Source: Octopus vulgaris
Taxonomy: Eukaryota
Direction: 5' to 3'
NCBI GenBank assembly: GCA_951406725.2
Contig: OX597831.1
Coordinates: 42,036,001-42,100,000, forward strand
Length of the DNA stretch: 64,000 bases
Shown: positions 1 through 12,509 of the stretch, one piece after another
Position numbering within the stretch: the first letter of the stretch is position 1
How the letters are laid out: each line of letters opens with the position of its first letter
Notes under the pieces: generated by a model
What the model saw: the letters and a program-made list of their open reading frames with translations, nothing else
What the model was told of the DNA's origin: nothing
Database searches by the model: none
Made by a program: the position numbers and the translations under genes

Positions 1-228
1 TTTCAAAATTGTACGAATTTCCGACTTATCCATCTCTAAACAAAGACAGCAAAAGAAAATTTATAAATACTTTATAAAGTGCAAAATGAGTTAGAATAAA
101 GAAATAGATGTGTCAGCTTTCTAACAAAAATAAACAAAAAATAAAGATTGTCAAAATATAATAATGGCGCAAAATAAGCAGCTGTCAAAGTTTTTACCTT
201 ACTACAAATTTCATACTTGACAACCTAA
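1..228 (-). mobile_element. Mariner transposon 5' end (TIR, leader and start of transposase MDKSEIRTILK, running off the window)
   Basis: Minus strand reads TA|TTAGGTTGTCAAGTATGAAATTTG (TA target site plus mariner-type TIR). ATG at 33 gives MDKSEIRTILK, typical of mariner transposase N-termini. Confidence 0.7.
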
Positions 229-1147
229 TAGAAAATTACTCCCCACCCCTATACACATATACGTGGGTGTGTATTGTTTGTGTATGTTTGTTGAGTCAAA
301 ATGTTTTGTGAGTTTATAATCTATGTTAGCAAAGATAAACATAAATTACATATGTAAAGAGGTTATTTTATTCAGAAAAAGATTTTAAAAATCTAACCGC
401 TGATTAAATGAAAGGGAGAATGAGGGAGGAGTGGAAATGAGAGTGTAAAACTACTGTTTTTCTATGGTTCTGTGGAAGTTAAGTGAAGATTGGACAGTTG
501 TGTTCACAAACTACTAGGCTTTTATTAACTGATAAAGCATACCTTGCTTCAGCTTATCAGCGTAAATGTGCATGAATAGGTGATTAGAAGAATTACTAAT
601 AACCGAGTGAAAGTAAGGGGAGAAAGGATTAGTATGCATGTGTCTGAGAAAGCAAGCTATTTCATGCCTGGAATTTTTTCTCCAAATCTATAGTTCTGCT
701 ATAAGAACATAACTAATATACAAGTGTTCCCACGGACAACCAAACTTAAACTCCTCTGTTATTGCCTAGAGCATGTTAATCTGTTACTAAACTTATTGTA
801 GACTCTCAGCTTTTTGACTCTGCCTGGTCTGCATAAGCCAGTAATCACTTTTTAGTTTTCTTACCGACCATCAGATTACAGGGTGCGGAATTCTGCTGGA
901 GCCCTTCTCCATATCAACAACTGTTATGCATAAGGCTTACACTTAGCTATGCACCTCTGTAATTATTTCACTATGAAGATAATATTAATAAAACCACTTC
1001 CTGGCACAAAATAGAATGGCATCATATTTAGGCTCTGAATCAATTGTGCTATCTCTTTCCGTAATATTCATGACCTGGTTCAATAATTTGATACCTCGGT
1101 AATCGCCTCTCTCAAATGCATCTCCGTTAGCCCTTGTAGCTTATATA

Positions 1148-1650
1148 CTTCCTTCCTTCCTTTCTCCCCCTCCCGCCCTTCCTTCCTTCCTTCCTTCCTT
1201 CCTTCCTTATTTACTTCCTTAAGCTCTTCGCTCCTTCTGGCGCACAGGCCATCGACAACATTTCTCCACCGTTCTCAACTTTGGACTGTCTTTTCTGTTC
1301 CTCTCTAGTTGAATCCCTGATTTTCCAAATCTTGTTCAGTATCTTACTTCCAACTGTTTCCTTTTGGATTTTTCGGCACTGTGTCATATGTTTCTCTGAG
1401 GGAAGGCCTTCCTCTCCCAGACCTTGTTGGCTCTGGATAGTCATTAATGTTTCTGTAACTGCTTTTTTCCTAGTTAGGGGTGTTAATCCTATGCAAATCC
1501 ATAATTATCTTTTGGAAGATGTGGTCCATATTGATCTGGATTCTATCTTTTGATCTGTCCTGCATGTGAGGCCCCAGCAGGAGCTAGCGCTCTACAGGCA
1601 TTGTTTGCAGGGTGACAGAGACATACAAGCCACCACGACACAACAAGGAC
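1148..1650 (-). mobile_element. Degenerate, internally deleted RTE-type LINE with (GAAG)n tail
   Basis: Minus strand encodes RWRNVVDGLCARRSEELK, an RTE ORF C-terminus, directly followed by a (GGAA)n tail at 1148-1207. Confidence 0.45.
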
Positions 1651-2708
1651 TAGACCTTGTGGTGGACCTCTTGATGATAATAACTAATTGGTACTCTGTT
1701 GGTTATGACGATGAGCATTCTAGTTAATCCGACCAGTAGAACAGCCTGATTGTGAAATGAACTGAGCACTCCTCAGACACATGTACTGGTTGTCAGCTGA
1801 AAAAAAGTGAGTAGTGCCTGTATTTCAAAGGGCCAGCCTTGTCACCCTCTGTGTCGCACTAAATCTCCCTGGGAACTACATTAAGGGTACACGTGTCTGT
1901 GGAATGCTCAGTCACTTGCACATTGATTTCATCAGCAAATTGTTCCATTTATCGGATCAACTGGAACTCTCATCATCATAACTGACCCAGTGCCAGTATA
2001 TAGTATTTATGGATAAACATATGTATGTATGCACTTACGTTTACATGTATATACGCCTGTGTATACAAGTATGTGTGTGTTCACACGTGCGCATATGTGT
2101 ATGTATGGATTTTTTTTTTATATTTGTTCTTTCTCGAGCCATGCCTGGCTCATAAGGGCTGGTTTCCCGGTTTCCTTGGCGTATAGGTTCCCCAGCTGGA
2201 CAAGATGCCGGTCCGTTGTGGGTGAGCTGCAAGATTGAGGAGAAAAGAGTGAAAGAGTGAGAGAAAGTTGTGGCGAAAGAGTCAGCAAAAGTTCGCCATT
2301 ACCTTCTGTCGGATCCGCGTGGAGCTTAGGTGTTTCGTTCATAAACACACACATCACCCGGTCTGAGATCTGAACCCGTGATCCCTCAACCGCGAGTCCG
2401 CTGCTCTAACCACTAGGCCGTGTGCCTCCACTGTATGTATGCGTGCATGCTTGCATGTATGTATGTATGTATGTATGTATGTATGTATGTATGTATGTAT
2501 GTATTCATAAATGACAATCAGATACGATAAGAAGACTAGACTGATATGAATGAAAAGGGCTGAGGTGATTCACATGGACAACTTTAATCTTGTTTTGTAA
2601 ACAGAAAATATTAATAGATAAATAGAATTATTAGTTCAATTCAAATCTGACAAGGAAGTGGAAACAAGGATTATAATAGATAAATTCATTAATTAATCAA
2701 ATCAAAAA

Positions 2709-3640
2709 GCGTGGGTGTGGCTGTGTGGTAAGAAGCTTGCTTCCCAACCAAATGGTTCCAGGTTCAGTCCCACTGCATGGCACTTCGGGCATGTGTCTTC
2801 TACTATAGCTTCGGGCCGACCAAAATCTTGTGAGTGGATTTTGTAGACAGAAACTGAGAGAAGCCGGTTGTATATATGCGTATAAATATATTAACCAGAC
2901 AACAAATGGAAGATATGACATACATGTGTGTTTGTATATATATAACATATGTAATTCAAAAACAATGTAGTAAATAAACATACAAATACATGCATACATA
3001 TATATATATTCTTCTTTGGCACTCCGTCAATTATGACGATGCAGGATCCAGTTGATCCGATCAATGGAACAGCCTGCTCATGAAATTAACATGCAAGTGG
3101 CTGAGCACTCCACAGACATGTGTACCCTTAATGTAGTTCTCAGGGAGAATTAGCATGACACAGAATGTGACAAGGCTGGCCCTTTGAAATACAGGTACAA
3201 AAGAAACAGGAAGAAGGAGTGAGAGAAAGTTGTGGTGAAAGAGTACAGCAGGGTTCGCCACTGTACCCTTTACTGCTGGGGTCTCGTGGAACTTTAGATG
3301 TTTTTGCTCAATAAACACTCACTATGCCCAGTCTAGGAATCGAAATTGTGATCCTACGACTGTGAGTCTGCTGCCTTACCCACTGGGTCATTGCGTATAT
3401 GTGCGTCTTCTTATCTGTATGTATGTGTGTCTTCTTATCTGTTTCACCACTGTTTCACAACTGGTGTTGGTGTGTTTACATCCCTGTAACCTGGTGGTTT
3501 GGCAACAACAGACCGGCAGAATAAGTACCTGCCAAAAAGAACCAAGTACTGGAGTCATTTCATTTGGCTAAAAATTTTTGAAGACGGTGCCCCAGCATGG
3601 CCACAGTCTAATGACTGAAAGAAGTAAGAGATAAAAATTA
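2709..3640. mobile_element. Cluster of SINE fragments from several families
   Basis: tRNA-like head GTGGCTGTGTGGTAAG...GGTTCAGTCCC at 2717-2771; other segments recur at 1690-1995, 9711-10158 and 34206-34620. Confidence 0.7.
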
Positions 3641-4679
3641 TGTATTGTTGAATGAAAAGAAGGCAGTCTGAGAGAGAGAGAGAAAATGAGGTCTAAGACC
3701 AGTGGATTCTAGACATGTACCAGTCATGAAATTGATGATAGCATGGTTGCAAGTACAATTAAATATATGAAGTTAGAGAATGCAGTTGGTCCATCAGGGT
3801 CATGCCAGGGCACATGATACTAGGACAACTCATATCAGATGACTCATACCTGGACAACTGATATCTAGGACAAAGGGGGACTGAGAGTATTAAGGATCCT
3901 CGGGCATAACTGTTCACCAGGCTCCTTAGCATTGATATCAAAGAGAGTTAACATGAAGAGTGCGGGGGCCCCCCAGAGCTCCAGGCATTTGGGCAGTGCC
4001 TGATTGATAGAGGGCTCACTCCACCTTTGATCTAGGATAGCTGATATATAGGACAACTCATAACAGGAATAAAGTGATAAGTTTCAGGCCTTGTGTCTAG
4101 AGTAGAAAAGAATATTATCAAGTGAGTTCTACCAAGATCAACTTTGCCTTTTATTTTTTCAGGGTCAATAAATTAAATACCAGTTGCAAATTGAGGTCGA
4201 TCTAATCGACTGCCCCTACACCCCTCAAAAAAATTTCAGGCCTTGTGCCTAGAGTAGAAGAGAATATTATCAAGTAAGTGAAGGTGTGTTGTTTAGGTAT
4301 TCAGCACATGGTCTTCACATTGTGAGTTCAATTCCCAACAGATTGTTGTGTCCTTGAGCAAGACACTTTATTTCACATTGCTCCAGTCCATGCAGTTGGC
4401 AACCGGTGTTGGTGTATTTACATCCCTGTAACATAGTGGTTAAGCACAAGAGGCCGATAGAATAAGTACCAGGCTCAAAAAGAAAAAAGAGAAAAGTGCT
4501 GGGGTTGATTTGTACAGCTAAAAGTTCCTCAGGGCAGTGCACCAGCATGGCCACAGTCTAATGACTGAAACAAGTGAAAAATAGAAGATAAAATAAACAT
4601 AATTATACAGAGAAGATAAAAAGAAAACGAAAACTGAAATAATCTTGGAAAAGATAATTTGTTATGTAAGTATGCGCGT

Positions 4680-4708
4680 GTGTGTGTGGGTGTAAATATA
4701 TATATTTT

Positions 4709-4765
<57 letters not shown>

Positions 4766-4799
4766 TTATGTCTGTATTTATGTATATATATATGTGTGT

Positions 4800-4839
<40 letters not shown>

Positions 4840-5066
4840 ATACATATATATACATATACACATTATATATCTACATATATACATTATATATATATATTTA
4901 TATATATATATATATATACATACACTATATATTTATATATATGTGTGTGTGTGTGTGCTTGTATGTGTACATATTATATATATATATACATACATATGTA
5001 TATATATATATATACATACATATGTATGTATGTGTGTGTGTGTGTGTGCGCGCGGTGTGTGTGTAT
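4680..5066. repeat. Compound (TA)n/(TG)n microsatellite
   Basis: Seen directly; it explains the overlapping YIYI/CVCV ORFs. Confidence 0.95.
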
Positions 5067-5172
5067 GAACATCATGTAAAACAACCAAAGATAAAATGCG
5101 ATAATATAAATTTTTTAAAATCTGCAACTCAAACCCATATGAGAAATGTCCCATCTGTCACCCGTAAATCTC

Positions 5173-5179
5173 TATAAAT
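5173..5179 (+). promoter_or_regulatory. Putative TATA box of peptide gene 1
   Basis: TATAAAT lies about 30 nt upstream of a short exon ending in a perfect AAG|GTAAGT donor at 5234/5235. Confidence 0.6.
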
Positions 5180-5202
5180 GCTACAAAAACTGTAATTTTG
5201 TT

Positions 5203-5234
5203 ACCTATTGTGTCTTCATCTAACTGAAACCAAG
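5203..5234 (+). other. Putative non-coding leader exon 1 of peptide gene 1 (start approximate)
   Basis: Follows a TATA box and ends CCAAG|GTAAGT. The ATG exon has an acceptor (TATAG at 7600-7604) just before it, so an upstream exon is required. Confidence 0.55.
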
Positions 5235-6581
5235 GTAAGTGCTTATTTGTTGTTGTTTTTGTTGTTGTCAAGCCACTTTCCACCCTTGAAGTACAGATCA
5301 TCGATTACAAGAATCCTGCTTTTTGTTTGTTATTTTTTTCCTTTTTTTTAGGTCAAGTGTACACTTAGACTGTTACATATCCGATGTGTTCTTTCTTTAA
5401 AACAGTATGTGTGTAGGTTAGTGAGATTGGCTGCTATTTCTAGCAGTTTGATCAACTAGACACAACCGTGCTTCCCAACATGAGATCTTCGGATTGCTTG
5501 GGCTCCATACAAAATAAATAAATAAAAATACTGGGTGTTTCTGTGAAATGAGTGATGGCACTTAGCCTAGTGGTTAGGGTGTTACACTCATGATTGTAAG
5601 ATTGAAGTTTTGATTCCAGGATGCATTGTGTTCATGAACAAAACATTTCACTTAAAGCTGCTTCTGTCCACTCAAATGGAAATGCAAAATCCTTCGATGG
5701 ACTGGTGTCTTGTTCAGCAGGAGTGTTGTGATCTCAGTCACTTATGCTCCATGGAAACTGAGTAATTCACCTGTTCAATCGTTAGGCTCGAGACAGATAG
5801 AACTGCAGAACTGTGAACTGAGTCCTAAAATCTGGGGCCCATGACAAAATGATTTCATCAAAAGGGGTCTTTGGTAAATATAAGGTTGAGAACCATGACC
5901 ACACACATAGAGGTTCTGTCTCCAGTTTACTATTGTAATCAGTTGTGAGTAAAGTGGAGAATGGAATGATAGCTGAGCTGAACAACAGGGGGCGATGTTT
6001 AAAGTTTTTACATGTTTCGGCAATTAACTCCACCTTACACCTTTTTATATTACATTCCTTTCGGCATTCACTTCAAATTTATGTGGACCTCGGTTTGACT
6101 TACACTTACCCCCCACTGCTTCATACTTTGGTCAAGTGTTTTCAGCAATAGCTTCACGTCAACTCAACTCAAACCCTTTTTTCTTTAGTAAAACGGAACA
6201 GACAGAAACTATGCGGAAAGCCATTGAATTACTCTTTACCTGTTCTTTGGGTAAAAAATTTTAAAACTGGCTGGCTGGTTTGATCCACTGGAGATAAATT
6301 TAATCAGTTTTGGATGGTAGATTTAATGCCCTGAGAAATATTAAATTCACCGGGATATATTTACTCAGCTCAATAGTAGATTTAATAAGTTGTAGATTTT
6401 AAACCTAATATTTACATGCTATTATTTATAGTGTTATGTGATGTGCTTCAAGAACCAATTAGCCAATAAAGAATTATTTCATGTTCTCTCGAAAGTTTAT
6501 AAAATTCTTACAACGTGAAAATATACAGTTCCCGCTGGTAAGAATAAAGCTTCAAGAATGGGTAGGAAAATTCAAAGGAAT

Positions 6582-6646
6582 GCTTTGGTCCAATGGTAGA
6601 ACAGCTGTCATGTCTACAAGAGGTGTGGGTTCGAGTCCTGCAGGCC
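6582..6646 (+). other. tRNA-like Pol III promoter remnant (A and B boxes) inside an unclassified repeat
   Basis: TGGTCCAATGG (A box) and GGTTCGAGTCC (B box) at tRNA spacing; acceptor and anticodon stems are not intact. Confidence 0.45.
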
Positions 6647-7064
6647 TTCAACTTTTCTGACATTAATTATATGCTGTTATCTATAACTTTGTGTGATGTT
6701 CTTTGAGAACCAATGGTCCCGAAAAAGAATAGATGGTAGATTTAAACCATTCGTGGTAAATTCAATCAAGTTTGCTTGGGCACTTCACGCAGTCAACTTT
6801 AAGGACATACTGATAACAGAGTAAACCAGATGATGTAAAACAAATGCAAATATATATTAAACTAGGTTGTATTCCCATTATTTGTTCTAAACTGTGCACA
6901 TATAGCATTTAACGTTGATTGAACATTTACTTTTAGATATTGGTTGAATTTTATAAATACCTTTTTTTCTTGTTACCTTATGATAGAGTGCTGAAAACAG
7001 GCTAAAGTTGTGAAAGCAGTCTAAAAAGTTTAGATGCAATTTATGGTGTAGCTAGAGTGTGTAC

Positions 7065-7324
7065 TGTGGAGGCACGTGGCTTAGTGGTTAAGTTGTCAGC
7101 ATCATGATCGTAAGATTGTGGTTTCGATTCCTGAACCAGGCAATGCATGTTCTTGAGCAAAACACTTCATTTCACATTGCTCCAGTCCACTCAGCTGGCA
7201 AAAATGAGTAACGCTGTGATGGACTGGCGCCCTGTCCAGCTGGGGAACACATACGCCATAGAAACCGGGAAACCGGGCCCATGAGCCTGGCTAGGTTTTA
7301 AAAAAGGGCGCATTTATTTTTTGT
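7065..7324 (+). mobile_element. tRNA-derived SINE with 12-bp target-site duplication
   Basis: A box GTGGCTTAGTGG, B box GTTTCGATTCC; TSD TAGAGTGTGTAC at 7053-7064 and 7325-7336. Family also at about 5555 and 59040. Confidence 0.85.
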
Positions 7325-7613
7325 TAGAGTGTGTACCACCCAGGATAGCCCTCAAGTTTACTGCTCTGACCCCCAGCTAACACTGCCTGTTCACACTTAT
7401 ACAATATGCTCAAAATCGCCATTCCTTAAATGAGTTGTTTGAAGCAAGCTGTCCCCATAGCTGTCCCCCATTCAGCTTCGCTACTAGACTCAATGGGAAT
7501 GCAACAATAAAACTGAGAAGTTCCAAGAAAGTAAGCAACTTGTTATTCAATTATAATATGTTTTTGATTTGTCAGTAACTAATCTAAATCTTATATCTAT
7601 ATAGGCCACAGTC

Positions 7614-7707
7614 ATGAAGCTTCTTCTCATCCTATTGGTTTTGCTGCCATTGGCACTGTCTGCCTCTTTTGGAGAATCTGAAAGTGAAACCGCAAAGAGG
7701 AGTTTAA
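7614..7707 (+). CDS. Peptide gene 1, coding exon A: signal peptide, acidic propeptide and KR (MKLLLILLVLLPLALSASFGESESETAKRSL). Full CDS join(7614..7707,8551..8665,10661..10700), 82 aa
   Basis: Acceptor before the ATG, hydrophobic signal sequence, GTAAGT donor at 7708 (phase 1); homologous to exons at 26877-26967 and 63091-63181. Confidence 0.9.
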
Positions 7708-7717
7708 GTAAGTGAAA

Positions 7718-7993
7718 TCTACTGCTACTACTACTACTGCTGCTGCTGCTACCACCCCACCTCACTACCATCACCACCACTACCACTGCTACTGCTGTTG
7801 CTGCTGCTGTTGCAACATTACTACTACTACCACCACCACCACCACCACCACCACCACCACCACCACTACCACCACTACCACCACCACCTCCTCCACCACC
7901 ACCACCTCCTCCACCACTACCACCACAACCACCACCACCACCACCACCACCACCACCACAACCACCACTACTACTGCTACTGCTGCTGCTGCT
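7718..7993. repeat. (CAC)n/(CTA)n/(CTG)n trinucleotide microsatellite in an intron of gene 1
   Basis: Seen directly; source of the poly-Thr and poly-His ORFs. Confidence 0.95.
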
Positions 7994-8550
7994 AATTTTT
8001 TCTAAACATTAATGATAATGCGAGTAATACTAATTATTAATAACTAATTATTAAGATTATTTCTTTTTTCCCCCGCCATATACTGAATAACTGCAAAACT
8101 TTTTTTGCATACATTATGACTTTAGGACTTTATATTTAATCACAAATGGATTCTAACACAAATGAAACAAGACTAGTCTTGTAAGTGCCATCATCTAAAT
8201 AAATAAATATACCAAGAGGGTACTGAGAGTTCCTGGCTTTGCATAAAAGAAAATACGGAAGGATCAGTTAATTATGATTTTATTCAGCAGATTATTATTC
8301 AGCCTTCTCTTTTTCGTTCATCTTTTTGCGAGTGTGGAATCCGCTTCTATATTCCTTCCCTGTCTGAAGAAAGATAACTATATGAAATGTGGGATTTTTT
8401 TCACTCCCTAACACAAATCAACTCACTGTACTTTACTTTATTTTTTGCTACGAATGTTTATGGATGAATTTTTTTCTAACAGATGTTTGTGTTGTGTTCT
8501 GTGTTTTTTAAAATTTTTTCTCTCTCTATCTCTTTTTTTTTCTTTTGCAG

Positions 8551-8665
8551 TTGATGTAGTTATCCATCATCTTCATAGTCTAGATTTATCTAAGGGATGC
8601 GTTAAAGCTTGTGAAGAAAATGTTGCTGGAATTGGTGAATTCTTTTGTGAAGCTGCCTGCAAAAT
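8551..8665 (+). CDS. Peptide gene 1, coding exon B (115 nt): IDVVIHHLHSLDLSKGCVKACEENVAGIGEFFCEAACK, twin CX3C core
   Basis: Long polypyrimidine tract plus TGCAG acceptor, GTACGT donor at 8666 (phase 2); same length, phases and Cys spacing as exons at 24097-24211 and 61223-61337. Confidence 0.92.
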
Positions 8666-8722
8666 GTACGTCAGTTTACTTACATAACATGAAGCAAATA
8701 ATTCTCAATATTATTATTATCA

Positions 8723-8916
8723 CAAGGCGGTGAGCTGGCAGAAATGCTTGGCACTATTTCATCTGTCTTTATGTTCTGAGTTCAAATTCTGCGGAGGTTG
8801 ACTTTGCCTTTCATCCTTTCAGGGTTGATGAATTAAGTACCAGTTGCACACTAGAGTCGATCTAATCGACTGGCCCCTCCCCAAAAATTTTGAGCCTTGT
8901 GCATAGAGAAGAAAAG

Positions 8917-8948
<32 letters not shown>

Positions 8949-9885
8949 CATTATTATTATTATCATCATCATCATCATTAAAAAGGTGGCAAGCTGGCTG
9001 AATCATTAGCATACTGGTCAAAATGCTCAGCAGCATTTTGTCTGTCTTTACGTTTTGAGTTCAAATTCTGCCGAGGTTGACTTTGCTTTTTATTCTTTTG
9101 GGGTTGATAAAATGAGTTCCAGTGAAACACTGGGGTCAATGTAATCAACTAGTCCCCTCCCACCAAATTTCAGGCCTTGTGCCAACAGCAGAAAGGACTA
9201 TTATTATTATTATTATTAAGAAACAGAATGGCGTCTAGTGCAGCCTTCCAGCTTGCCAGCCCTGGTCAAACCGTCCAACTCATACCAGCATGGATAATGG
9301 ATGTTAAATGATGATGATTATGATGGCGGCAAGCTGGCAGAATCATTAACACGCTGGGTGAAATGCTTAGTGGCATTTCGTCTGTCTTTATGTTCTGAGT
9401 TCAGATTCCGCTGAAGTTGACTTCAGAGTCAATAAATTAAGTACCAGTGGAGTACTGGAGTTGATGTAATTGACTCACTCCCTCCCCTGAAATTACTGGG
9501 TTTGTGCCAAAATCTGAACTCATTCGCCCCTTGCTATATACTGAGGTCTAATTCTGCTGAGGTCGACTTTGCCTTTCATCCTTTCGGGGTTGATAAAATA
9601 AGTACCAGTGAAGCACTGAGGTCAATATAATCAACTAGTCCCCTCCCTCAAAATTTCAGGCCTTGTAACCTTTAGTAGAAAGGATTATTATAATAATTAT
9701 TATCATCATAGGCGTAGGAGTGGCTGTGTGGTAAGTAGCTTTCGAACCACATAGTTCCATGTTCAGCCCCACTGCATGGCACCTTGGGCAAGTGTCTTCT
9801 GCTATAGCCTCGGGCCGACCAAAGCCTTGTGAGTGGATTTGGTAGACGGAAACTGAAAGAAGTCCATCATATGTATGTATGTATG

Positions 9886-9962
<77 letters not shown>

Positions 9963-10590
9963 TTGTGTCTGTGTTTGTCCCCCCCCCCCCCAGAATCGCC
10001 TGACAACTGATGCTGGTGTGTTTACGTCCTTGTAACTTAGCGGTTTAGCAAAAGAGACCGATAGAATAAGTACAAGGCTTACAAAGAATAAGTCCTGGGG
10101 TCGATTTGCTCAACTAAAGGCAGTGCTCCAGCATGGCTACAGTCAAATGACTGAAACATTATTATCATTATTAAGGCCGTGAGCTGGTAGAATCGTTAGC
10201 ACATCGGGCAAAATGCTTAGCAGCGTTTCGTCTGTCTTTATGTTCTGAGTTCAAATTCCGCCAATGTCGACTTTGTCTTTCATCCTTTTATGGTCGATGA
10301 AATAAGTACCAATTATGTACTGGGGTCAATGTTATCAACTATACACCTCCCTCAAAATTCAGGCCTTGTCCCTATAGTAGAAATGATTCAACTTATACCC
10401 TCCCCAAAATTGTGAGTCTTGTGCCAAAATTTGAAGCCATAATTACTATTATTAAGGCAGTGATCTGGCAGGCTCGTTTCCACACTGGATATAATGTTTA
10501 GAAGCATCCCATCCGTTCATAATGCTTTGAGTTCAAATTCCACTCTGGTCGAATTTGCTTTTCATCTTTTCGTGGGGGTCAATGTAATCA
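8723..10590 (+). mobile_element. Stack of tRNA-derived SINEs (about 6 copies of the AAGGCGGCGAGCTGGCAG family plus one full GGCGTAGGAGTGGCTGTGTGG copy at 9711-10158) filling intron 3 of gene 1
   Basis: Repeated heads GAGCTGGCAGAA...GAGTTCAAATTC and core CTTTGCCTTTCATCCTTTCGGGGTCGATAAA, separated by (ATT)n tails. Confidence 0.85.
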
Positions 10591-10660
10591 TCTTACATTG
10601 TGTGTTTGAGCTGTAATTAATTTTGAAACTGATCAATATAATTTCTTTCTTTTTCTTTAG

Positions 10661-10700
10661 CCTCTTAAAAAGCACTCACGCTACTGCAAATCCTATTTAG
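10661..10700 (+). CDS. Peptide gene 1, terminal coding exon C: (I)LLKSTHATANPI*
   Basis: Strong acceptor TTTCTTTCTTTTTCTTTAG; phase-2 join gives K-I-L-L-K-S-T, matching K-I-I-L-E-Q-T in the paralogs; TAG at 10698-10700; AATAAA at 10801. Confidence 0.8.
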
Positions 10701-10800
10701 GAGACAGCAAATGGATGATTTGCTCATCAGCTACTTCAAAGGAAATGTTGGAAATTTAGAAACATCAAAACTGCTTCCACAAAATGCTTCTTCAAGTTGG

Positions 10801-10810
10801 AATAAATAAA
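10801..10810 (+). terminator. Polyadenylation signal of gene 1 (overlapping AATAAATAAA)
   Basis: 100 nt after the stop codon, followed by a U-rich tract. Confidence 0.65.
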
Positions 10811-11279
10811 AAATTTTTCAAAAATTAACGACTCATTTCATGTTTTATTTATTTATTTATTTTTCTCATTCTTGCATCTTTTATCTTTTACTTGTTTCAG
10901 TCATTGGATGCCCTTCCTAACGCCATCCACTCCAAGAGAGTAGTGAGTGCTTTTCCGTGCCAGGCAGTACTGGCAATGGCCACGCTCAAATGGTGTTTTT
11001 TACATGCCACCTGCACAGGAGCCAGTCCAGCGGCACTGGCAACGACCTCATTCAAATGATTTTTCACTTGCCACCGACACAAGTGCCAGTAGGGCGACAC
11101 TGGTAACAATCAAGCTCGAATGGTGCTTTTAATGTGCCACTGGCACGGAAGCCAATCAGCTGCTCTGGCAATGATCATGCTCGGTTGGTGCGCTTATTAC
11201 TCCACTAGCACAGATGCCAGTCATTGAATTTGATTTATAAATAACAAAAGAAGGGGTGTATTTCCCCACAAGAAAAAAT

Positions 11280-11602
11280 ATAGGCAAATTTGTTGTTGAA
11301 AATACACCTAAATTTGAAAAACCAATTGTTTAAAATAAATTAATTTACATATATACTAAACTAGTTTCAACAATATTTTTTGTTTATCAGCGGTAAAAAT
11401 TTAGAATTATAAATTAGACAAACCTCTTTAAAACAACATTGAAACTTTTAAAGATGTCTTTCTAATTCATAATTCTAAATTTTTACCATTGATAAACAAA
11501 AAATATTGTTGAAACTAGTTTGGTTTATATGTAAATAAATTTATTTTAAATAATTACAAGTTTTTCAAATTCAGGTACATTTTCAACAACAAATTTTCCT
11601 AT
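11280..11602. repeat. Foldback inverted repeat (about 150-bp arms) abutting (TA)n
   Basis: AAACTAGTTTCAACAATATTTTTTGTTTATCA...AAAAATTTAGAATTAT is mirrored by ATAATTCTAAATTTTT...TGATAAACAAAAAATATTGTTGAAACTAGTTT. Confidence 0.85.
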
Positions 11603-12278
11603 ATATATATATATATATACGACAGGCTTCTTTCAGTTTCCATCTACTAAATCCACTTATGGTCAGTCAGAGGCTATAGTAGAAAACACCTGCCCATCTT
11701 TCTTCATCTTAGGTAAGGACCGAGTATTGCAACAGCTTGGGTTTCAGGGGCCACAACTGCCTAACATCCTAGCAAGAAACTTAAGAGATCTGCAAGGTCA
11801 AGGTGTGGAAACATTGAAAAAGTAGCTGGAGAAATTTCTATCTGAAATCCCAGATGAGTCCATATCACAGGAAGAGGCACATAGAAGAGGAGTGTTGTCC
11901 AACTTGCTTCTTCAAAAATAGTAGTGAAAGAAGGCCCTAAAACAATAAAAGGCAATGCTCCAGCATGGCCCCAACATCTAGTTGAAACCAGTAAGAGAAA
12001 AGAATATACCTATACATATGTGTACATACATACATTCATACATACATGTATATGTACAATGGGCTTCTACACAATTTCCATTAACCAAATTCACTTGCAA
12101 GGCATTGAATCAGCTTGGCACAATAGTAGAAGAAAAAGGTGGAAGATGCCATGCAGTAAGATTGCACCTGAGACTTCATGGCTGCAATGCCAACTTCTTA
12201 ACCATATAACCATAGCAGCACCTAAACCAATACCTGAAAAGATATTGCAAGAATTGACAGAAAGAAGATAGTTCTTAC

Positions 12279-12343
12279 TTCGAGATCTACTGCTTAAATG
12301 GAGTTTGTCCAATAAGAACTTGCTTCAGACATATATATATATA
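12279..12343 (-). promoter_or_regulatory. Orphan paralog of the gene-2 TATA and leader exon
   Basis: About 12110-12410 aligns with 27900-28185; it retains TATATATA and a GAA|GTAAGA donor (12273-12278). Confidence 0.55.
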
Positions 12344-12509
12344 CATAAAACCTATACCAGCCACCTTATGTTTAATTCTCATGAAGCAGAGGTTTCACAT
12401 TATCATATATATGTAACTACATAAATGCGCACACACATACACACGTGTGTAAATACATACATTCATACATACATAAACACATACATACATACAATGGAGT
12501 TTTTTTTTT

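Noticed and set aside
198-214. ATG AAA TTT GTA GTA as the start of another signal-peptide exon
   Set aside because: It lies within the mariner terminal inverted repeat and hits a stop after six codons.
542-596. Minus-strand CAAG|GTATGC donor loosely resembling the gene-1 leader exon
   Set aside because: Similarity is short, there is no TATA at the right spacing and no partner exon in the window.
7067-7140. Functional tRNA genes at SINE heads
   Set aside because: A/B boxes continue into SINE bodies with TSDs, and cloverleaf stems are not intact.
7712-8005. Poly-Thr/poly-His mucin-like ORFs
   Set aside because: Intronic trinucleotide microsatellite immediately after the exon-A donor.
8551-8665. 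Small Tim (twin CX3C) mitochondrial chaperone assignment
   Set aside because: Cys spacing is similar, but these precursors have an ER signal peptide, KR site and amidation Gly and no other Tim similarity.
8445-8687. 80-aa ORF with hydrophobic N-terminus
   Set aside because: The N-terminal part is the intron polypyrimidine tract; only 8551-8665 is exon.
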